From Chrysemys picta bellii (taxonomy: Eukaryota), in contig NC_088803.1 of the NCBI RefSeq assembly GCF_011386835.1, forward strand, positions 12,090,001 to 12,154,000: a stretch of DNA of 64,000 nt. Direction: 5' to 3'. Positions 55,822-64,000 of the stretch are shown piece by piece. Under the pieces are notes generated by a model. That model was not told the DNA's origin. It did not search any database and saw only the letters and a list, made by a program, of their open reading frames with translations. Made by a program: the position numbers and the translations under genes. Each line of letters opens with the position of its first letter. Position 1 is the first letter of the stretch.

Positions 55822-56190
55822 ACTCACCTTTAATCCTCAGCATGAAGGAGTGACTTCTCCATTGACGGTGACTGGGTTTGGTCTCACAGTCAGACTTGTT
55901 CTCTACTCGGGAGACACTTATATGTTGCTGGGGGGTGGGAAGTCTCTCTCTCCTGTAGCCCAGCATGATTGTTTGCCTCACTCAAGCCCTTATATGACTC
56001 CCGCTCTGAATCCTTGCAGGGTTTATCAGGTACAGCAGCCGCCCCTTGGCCCTTCCTGCTTCTGGGATCTCCCTTGGGCCCTGCTGCCAGTTATCTTTTT
56101 CAATTATCTTTGTAGGGGAATTAACACTGTGTTGTTGGTTAAAACAGTGTAACACCAAAGCTGATGCCACAAGTATTTGAATTCCAGAGG
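55822..56190 (-). promoter_or_regulatory. Putative OR promoter and non-coding exon for the OR at 52215-53156
   Basis: Donor GT at 55827-55826, cccttatatgactc, Olf/Ebf-like TTCCAGAGG at 56182-56190. Confidence 0.6.
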
Positions 56191-58422
56191 AAATCTCCCC
56201 TTTTCCCCCATGTGCTGTGTCTGTCCCAAGAGCCCCTGAGACTGGGAAATAAATTTCCATGTCTTTAGTAATAAATTATGGCCATCCATAGATCTCAAAG
56301 CACTTTGTACGGCATGGCAGTAACTTTATCCCCATTATACAGATCTGGAAACTGAGGCATGGGAAAAGGAAGTGATTCCCAAAGGGTTGTGAAACAGGGC
56401 ATTGGCATAGCTGGGTGTAGCTTCCAGGCTTCCTCAAGCCTTCCACAGTCAAAGTGTATCACCATGGCTGCTGGACCACACAGACAGAGAGCCTTTGTCT
56501 ATTAACGTTCAAAGATTTCTGTATGTGTGAGAGGGATTTGTATTGCTGCCCAGCCCTGTAGCATCTGAGCAAATTCAACGTAAGAGCGACAGTAATAGCA
56601 AAATCTCTTCTTCATTTAATGCAGACTCTGGCTCTTTCCTCTTTTTGGGGTGGGGTGGGGACGAAGCCCTCTGCTTTGGGGTGGAGTTTTTGGTATTGAT
56701 TTTTTCGATTATATTCATTCTCTTTTTCTGGGTGGAGATTTGGTTGGGGTTTGGGGAGTACAAGGCGGAGTCATTTTATATTGTTAAATTCAATAGAATC
56801 ATAGAATATTAGTGTTGGAAACGACCTCAGGAGGTCATCTAGTCCAACCCCCTGCTCAAAGCAGGAACTACCCCAACTAAATCATCCCAGCCAGGCTTTG
56901 TCAAGCCGGGCCTTAAAAACCTCAAAGAATGGAGATTCCACCACCTCCCTAGGTAATGTCCTGGTCAGCCCTGCAGGAATCACCAAAAGCACAAGGGGTG
57001 TTATAATTGACTATGGTGACTCCTTAAGGACTCAGATAGAGACGGGATCCCCACTGCGCCTCGTCCTGCACACACACAGGGAGGTAAACTCCCTGCCCCA
57101 CAACATTTCTGATTGAAATAGACAAAAGGGGAGTTGGGAAACGAGAGACCGATGGCTTGCCTGAAACCCCACCTGAGATCACAATAAATATCAGAAAACA
57201 GGTGTTCTGATTTCTAGCCCGGCGCCTTACTCGCTGGAGCACAGTGTAAGACATGAGGGGTCACATAAACTCTCCATAGCTCAAGCATTAGAGCACTGGG
57301 CTTGTAAGCCAAGGGTATCTCGACAATTTGGGATATTTTGCAAAGACTAATGGAGAATCCAAGAAACGCAGACAACAGGCTGTCACAAATGCAATAGGTT
57401 TCTGACAAGGTCAAAAGAGTTAGGAATATTATTTAAAATACATTGGGGGGAAAGTGAGAAGGGGAAAAGAACCCAATCTAGTATATAATAACTGAATACA
57501 TAACTGTTTTTTACTGGGCTGGTTGGTCACTTGTTAGCTGGTTTGATTTTCTGCAGGAAAAGTGGATTCTGAAGAGATTACACATAGTGAATGTGTAGTT
57601 TGAACCAGAACCCATTTAAATCCAGCATTTTTCAGACTGAGGGTTTTCAGTTTTTTGGAAAAAAAAATGATTTTTTTAAAATTTTCTATTAGCAATATAT
57701 ATTATATATGTGCTTGAGGGGATTAAAGATGATGGATATATATATCATCCGTGACGTCTTCTAAACAGACCCCTGCCTTTGTTTAATGTGAGCCTTTCAG
57801 AACATTTTCATAAGATTGGAAGAATTAATGGGGAAATCTAATAAATCCAGAATAGAACATTCTTATGATTATATCTCAAACCACCTTACAAGTATTCAGA
57901 AAATGTTTGAAGAATGATTTAAAAAGACTCAAGAGGAAAACAGAAAAAAAACCCACATTTTATTGCCACTTAATACTGAATAGTTCCCGGTCATGCCAAC
58001 TGGTAATTTTTTAGTTCATTTGTTTTGTTGTGGGAAAGGTTGTGATGCACACAGGAAGAGTAGCCTGATGCAGAGCCCTGGAAGGTCAATGGGAACCTTT
58101 CCCTTGATTTCAGTGGGAATTGGACTTGTTCCTCAAATCTTCTTTGAAAACTCTGAAACTCAGCTGAGGGTTAATGTAAACAAATCCATAAAGATAGAGG
58201 CAGCATAGGAAAAGTAGGAACCAAATCCCAATGGAACTCAACAGCTGTTCCCTGGCATGCAGGAGGTGCTGGGAGAGAGGGGAAGGAGTTGATAAGTGGG
58301 GCCCGCAGACCCCCCGGGGTACCCTTAGGGTCCATGGATCCCAGTTTGAGAAAGACTGACTTAGATGGTTCCTTTCTGACTAGTGAAATGATTTATTCCC
58401 ATTTCAATCAATTTCTCTGAAT

Positions 58423-59370
58423 TCATAGGAATACCCTACATTTCTGCAGAGCTCTCCTCAGGGCTTCCTTGACCTCTTTGTTTCTCAGGCTGTATATAAG
58501 GGGATTGATCAGGGGTGTCAAGACTGTGTAGAAGAATGAAAACACTTTATTTGGGGCTCTCAGGGCCCCGGTGTTTGGTAACATGTAGACAGTTATTAGG
58601 GTCCCATAGAAAACTGTAACCACGATAAGATGGGAGGAGCAGGTGGAAAAGGCCTTTTGTTTCCCAGTGGTGGAAGGGATTCTCAGGATGGTGGAGATGA
58701 TATAAACATAAGATGCCAGGGTCAAAAGAAATGGAAGAACGATGTTTATGGAAGAGAAGATGAGGGTCGCCAGGGTAACCAGACAAGTGTCACTGCAGGA
58801 GAGATTAGTAACTGGTGTGAGATCACAAAATAAATGATCGATTTCATTGGGGCCACAGAAGGCTAATTGTGACATAAAATATATTAATATGGATAGAACA
58901 ATGAGTGAACTTAACCAAGATCCAGCTGCTAGCTGCATACAGAACCTGATATTCATAAGTGTTGCATAGCGCAGGGGTTTACATATCGCTAAGTACCGAT
59001 CATAAGACATGACAGCTAACATATAACATTCAGCAGTTGCTAGGAAACCAAACCAATAAAACTGAACCATACAGCCCATAACAGAAATGGTTCTGTCCCC
59101 AGTCAGGAAAGTGGCCAGCATCCTGGGCAGGATGGTGGAGGTGTAGCAGATCTCCAAGCAGGACAAATTCCCCAGGAAGAAGTACATGGGAGTGTGAAGG
59201 TGCTGATCAGCCACAACTAGCGTTACAATTAGCATGTTTGCAGCCATGGTGACTATGTAGATCCCTAGAAACAGCAAGAAGAACAGAATTTGCAGTCCAG
59301 GGAGATTCCCGAATCCCAGCAGGATGAATTCTCTGATAGACGTTTGATTTTCCCCTTCTGCTTTCTCCAT
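58423..59370 (-). CDS. Olfactory receptor, class II, intact (315 aa), subfamily 'b'
   Basis: MEKAEGENQTS start and all canonical OR motifs. Acceptor AG at 59388-59387. Confidence 0.96.
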   Translation of the reverse strand: MEKAEGENQTSIREFILLGFGNLPGLQILFFLLFLGIYIVTMAANMLIVTLVVADQHLHTPMYFFLGNLSCLEICYTSTILPRMLATFLTGDRTISVMGCMVQFYWFGFLATAECYMLAVMSYDRYLAICKPLRYATLMNIRFCMQLAAGSWLSSLIVLSILIYFMSQLAFCGPNEIDHLFCDLTPVTNLSCSDTCLVTLATLIFSSINIVLPFLLTLASYVYIISTILRIPSTTGKQKAFSTCSSHLIVVTVFYGTLITVYMLPNTGALRAPNKVFSFFYTVLTPLINPLIYSLRNKEVKEALRRALQKCRVFL

Positions 59371-60641
59371 TCTCCATGTGCTGCAACTAGTGATTGAGAA
59401 AAAGTACCGATTTGTTAAGGAGTTTGCTGTACAATGCTGTGGTTTCCCTCTATCTGATTAATTACAAATTCAGTGTGCCAATGAAGATCAGGGTTTATAT
59501 TCCCTCCCAACTGAGGAACGGCTTCTCACCCAGGTACACACCAAAGAATGTCCCCAGTTAGTCCTGCATTGAGTTCAATTAATTGTGTTTGGCTAAAACA
59601 TATTTTCAAAAAAAGCACCCAGAACCAGCCATTTAAAGGTATTTAGGGGTCTAGTGGGATTTTCAAAGGCATCCAGGCAACTAAAACTCATTGATCTGAA
59701 TGGGTATTAGGCAGGTAGCTACTTTTGAAAATCCAAGTAGGCACCAAAATACCTTTAAAATTCTGGCCCAGGGTGACTTGCTTAAGGCTATACAGAAAGG
59801 CAGTGATAGAGCAGAGAATAGAACCCAAGTCTAGTCTAGAAACCAAATGACAAGCTAGTGCCTTAAGCATTGGGCTACCCTTCCTCTTGAAAGCTAACAT
59901 GGAGCATTAAATGGCCAGAGAAAGTTTGTCCCACTGGTGCCACTACTTAATCTGTAAGGATTTCCAGTCGCCATGCATTTCAAATGTAGAGCCCTTTCCT
60001 GTGTGGTGCTCAGACCCTCCCAGGAAATGCTGAGGGCCCTCTGCTCCCTCTGAAATTCATGCAGAAGACACGCAATAGAAGAGACATAGCATCTCACAAG
60101 TCTGGGGTGGGCAGGTGCATAGGAAACTGCAGTACAAGAAGGGCTGTGTAGTCAGCCAAGAAACTGAGGAGAAAGGTGGAGAAAAGTCTCTGAGAAAGTG
60201 AAATGGATAGGGAGACAGACAGATAGGGGGATGTGTAAGGTGATTGATGGATAGACAGAGGAGTTTTTATGGGAACAGTCAGAAGTTTAAAGAGATAGGT
60301 AGATAGATGTGTAAAGGACTCAACAGAGATTTATAGATGTCTAAGTAAAAAGATAGAGGGATGTGAAAGGGGTTTGGTAGAGGGAGAGATAAAAAGACAG
60401 AGAGAGACTGTAGAAGAGGCTTGATATAGGGATAGATTTATGGGCTTAGAAGGGTGCCTAAATGGCTTGTTAGGTGAGGGGTGGTAGATAGATCTCCTTT
60501 GTCTTTCATCAACTTCTCTAGCAATAAATCATTATCACATTCTAAAGTCCTTACTCAGGCAAAGCTCCAGTGAGTGAAGACACTGACCAAGAGGGGTGCC
60601 CTCTGAGGAAGAGATAGAAGATTTGCCCTGTGACTGGTCTC

Positions 60642-61012
60642 AATCACCTTTAATCCTCAGCATGAAGCAGCGACCTCTCCATCGACGGTGACCAGGTCTG
60701 GTCTCACAGTCAGTCTTGTCCTCTTGGTTCTTGGACAGAGAGCTGCATGTTGCTGTTGGGATGGGTCTCTCTCCTGCTGCTCAGCATGCCAGTCTGCATG
60801 ACTCAAATCCTTAATGTCTCCTGCTCTGGATTCTTGCATCCTTTATTGGTGAAAGCAGCCTCCCCTGGCTACCTCTGCTGCTGGGAGCTCCTTTGGGCCT
60901 CCTGCTGGTGATCACTTAGAATTACCTTCATAGGGAAAATATTAACACTGTGCTGTTTTGTTAGAACAGTATAACACCAAAGCTGATGCCTCTGGCATTC
61001 TCACCCCAAAGG
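60642..61012 (-). promoter_or_regulatory. Putative OR promoter and non-coding exon for the OR at 58423-59370
   Basis: More diverged copy of the block: donor AG|GTGATT (GT at 60647-60646), Olf/Ebf-like CCCCAAAGG at 61004-61012. Confidence 0.5.
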
Positions 61013-62059
61013 AAATTTTCCTTTTCCCCCATGTGCTCTGTGTGTGTCAAGAACTCAGGAGAATGGGGAATAAGATTCCATACCTTTAATAGTAAAATCT
61101 AGTTCTAACAGGCCGTTTTCCATTCATGGATCTCAAAGCACACTACACAGTATGGCAGTATATTTATTCCAATTGACTGATGAGGAAACTGAGGCACAGA
61201 GAATGGACATGATTTCCAAAGAGTCATGAAACAGCCACTGGCATAGCCGGAAATAGCCCCCAGGCTTCCTCCACCAATATGTCAGCCCCGTCTGCTTTGC
61301 CGCACAGATTGAGAGCTTTGTCTATTATCATTCAAAGATTTCAGTGCGTATCTGAGGGATTTGTATTGCTGCCCATCACTGTAGTATCTGGGTAACTTCA
61401 ACATCAAATCAATAAGCATAGCAAAGTCCCTTGTAGATTTAATGGAGTCTCTGTCTTGTGTTACTTTTTGGTGTGAAAACAAAACCCTCTTCTTTGGATT
61501 GAAATTTTTCAGTTTTGATGTTTTAGATTGTATTCATTCCTTTTTCCCTGAGTTGGTATTTGGTTGTGGGTTTGGGGATAGAAGGGGGAGTGATTTTATA
61601 TTGCCCCAGCAGAAATCACTAGAAGCACAAGGGCTGTGATTATTTGATGCTGGTGACTCCTTAAGGACTCAAATAGAGATGGGGGGCCCCATTGTGCAGA
61701 GTGCTATACACACAGAGAGGAAGTGTCTGGCCCTGTCCCAAAAACTTGCACTTGACATAGACAAAGGGGAGTGAAAAGGGACAGATACAATGGTTTGTCC
61801 AAGACCCCACTTCAGGCCAGAGCAGCAAACAGAATCCAGATCTCTTGGTTCACTGTCCAGTGCCTTACCCAATGGAGCACTGTGTAAGATTCAAGACATT
61901 TAAAAAGGCTTCAGAACTCAGGCATTGGAGTCCAGCACTCATAAATCCCAGGTTATGTGTGCTAATCTCACTGAAGTTTCTTGCCTTTTTTTTAGAAGGC
62001 CTTGTGCCCTCACCGGGGGTTGAAATGCCCAAGGCTGTGGTTGGGGGAGTGAAAGATGT

Positions 62060-62175
62060 GAAGGTAATTAAACAGTGGAAAAATTTACCAAGGGTCATGA
62101 TGGATTCTCTATCGCTGGAAATTTTAAAATCAAGATTGGATGTTTTTCTAAAAGACATGCTCTAGGAATTCTTTG
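62060..62175 (+). mobile_element. CR1 3' fragment
   Basis: KQWKNLPRVMMDSLSLEILKSRLDVFLKDML. Confidence 0.8.
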
Positions 62176-62177
62176 AG

Positions 62178-62623
62178 GGACTACATCTACACTACAAACT
62201 TTGGTCAATGCAAGTTACTTCGGCATAAATCCTTTATAGATACTATGTTGCTTGTGTTCGTGCATGCTTGGCTCCTTGCGTACACCCCAGGATTGCTTGT
62301 GTCAATCCACAATGCGGTACACCATGAGTAGGTATCCTGGTGTTCAACTCACCATCATTCAGCTCACTGTCTTTTGGGAAGTTTTGGCAATGCATTATGG
62401 GGCAGAAATGAGTCAAGCAGGGGTGACTGGGAGCAAGAGTCGACTTCCCACCATGCAATTTCTCCATTCTGTAATGCCCTCCATATCCCATCATTTTCAC
62501 ACCTTTCTTAAAAATACAACAATCCTGCACAACCCTTCTCTCTCTCTGACATCTCTGACAGAAGCGCAGAAACTGCACAGCTCTGCACTGTTGTCACGAC
62601 TGTTGCAAACAGATGATGCACGT
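62178..62623 (+). mobile_element. Left end of an older Harbinger subfamily, cut by an LTR insertion
   Basis: TIR-like GGACTACATCTACACTA. Decayed transposase 5' region (gcacagctctgcactgttgtc) near 62575-62610. Confidence 0.55.
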
Positions 62624-64000
62624 GTGACGGGTTGGATCACAGAAAGCCCTTTGGGACTGCCACCTGATGTCCTTAGACTACCTGTGAACCTGTTTTCCCT
62701 GCCACCTTGGGACTTCAGTGCCCTGCCTGGTTTGAGCCAGACACACTAGCCTGCTACAAACACAGACCCAGGTCTGAACTACGTCCCCCAAAAGCTGCAG
62801 GGTTAACCGAAAACAGCTTAAGAAGTGCTCCTGTCTCCAGCACTCAGATACCCAACTCCCAATGGGGTCCAAACCCCAAAAAATCTATTTTACCCTGTAT
62901 AAAGCTTATACCAGGTAATCTCATAAATTGTTCACCCTCTATAACACTGATAGAGAGAAATGCACAGCTGTTTACCACCCCTCCTCCCCCCAGGTATGAA
63001 TACATACTCTGGGTTAATTAATAACTAAAAAGTGATTTTATTAAATACAAAAAGTAGGATTTAAGTGGTTCCAAGTGTAAGCAGAGTCAGAATGAGCTCT
63101 ATCCTGACATCTGGTGGTGAGCTGTGGAAAAGGACTTCGGGGGCTGATCTCGTTTGCATGGGCACACCCACCCTGCCTAGCATGATGGGACTGTTTGCCC
63201 AAATGGTCACTTTGGCTGCTGTGGGATCCCCAGTCTCTTTGTTATTGGGGCAGGAGTAATAAAGTGGTGTTATCCTGGTTATGTGAATCAAGGACAGTAG
63301 AACTGTACTTGGCATTTTATGATGGAGGGACTCGCCTTCAACTAAGTAACACTCGCTGGGCAAGGGACATGGGTTCCAAAGTCCAGGGAATTGAGAGAGA
63401 GGGCAGGGCAGGGCAGGGCAGGGCAGGGCACGGCACGGCACGGCACGGCACGGCACGGCACGGCACGGCACTGCGGGACCCTTCTGAGGGTCCTAAGCAC
63501 TACTTGACTACTTCTCTTCTTCTTCTTCCTCCTCCTCCTTTTCACAGTGTAATAACAGAGCTAGTTTTGACTCCGTTAGGAGTCTTATTACATACTGCAG
63601 AACTGAAATCACTGACACCTTGCTCTAAGCATTAGATCTATTCTAGGCTAGTGGTTCTGAGTGCACCAGCACTGAGGCTCTCCTCACCCTCAGAGATATT
63701 GCAAGATATTTCTTTTACAGACTAGTCTCCTTCTAGTCTGGGTCCAGTAATTGCTCACACCCCTCTGGTTACTGTCCTTTGTTCCAGTTTCTTTCAGGTA
63801 TTCTTTGGGGGTGGAGAGGCTACCTCTTGAGATAGCTGAAGACAAAATGGAGAGGTCTCCCAGGGTTTTATATAGTTTCTCTACTGTGGGTGGAAATGCC
63901 TCCCTCCCCCTGTGTAGAATCCCCTCTACAAGATGGAGTTTTGGAGTCACCTGGGCAAGTCACATGTCCATGCATGACTTAGTTCTCTACAGGAAAGCTC
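62624..64000. mobile_element. LTR of the same family as 21124-22270, with a second LTR-like element nested from 63076 to about 63680
   Basis: Starts TGTGACGGGTTGGATCACAG and is collinear with 21124 onward. Similarity breaks at TGTAAGCAG (63076) and resumes near 63700. Confidence 0.7.
63401..63470. repeat. Compound pentamer array (GGGCA)6(CGGCA)8
   Basis: Counted directly. Confidence 0.97.

Larger units (their letters stand above)
49805..56900. repeat. Segmental duplicate of about 985-8995 (CR1 end, L1 remnant, OR, intron, promoter block)
   Basis: Collinear high similarity from gagacagataaacagcaggg (991 / 49810) to the CR1 tail (~8995 / ~56900). Confidence 0.95.

Overview
Eukaryotic DNA, very probably a turtle (a tRNA-headed SINE with a CR1-type tail, plus turtle-type CR1, Harbinger and Penelope repeats; recognised from memory, not searched). 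The window is part of a tandemly duplicated class II olfactory receptor (OR) cluster, all on the minus strand. It holds 4 apparently intact ORs (4368-5309, 25309-26292, 52215-53156, 58423-59370), 3 OR pseudogenes or fragments, and 4 copies of a conserved upstream non-coding-exon/promoter block. Most of the remaining sequence is nested transposable elements. Two things stand out. (1) A young 4854-bp PIF/Harbinger transposon (13203-18056, TTA target duplication) carries the usual transposase and a spliced Myb/SANT gene, plus a third, intact antisense ORF nested in the Myb intron that looks like a BEN-domain protein. (2) A very recent provirus (43018-48262) has identical 347-bp LTRs, a 6-bp TSD, a perfect tRNA-Trp PBS and a betaretrovirus-like matrix stub. 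This class II-like shell encloses decayed ERV1-like cargo with its own PBS, PPT, integrase tail and an unusually long env TM subunit. All family assignments come from reading motifs by eye. No database searches were run, and boundaries of degenerate repeats are approximate.
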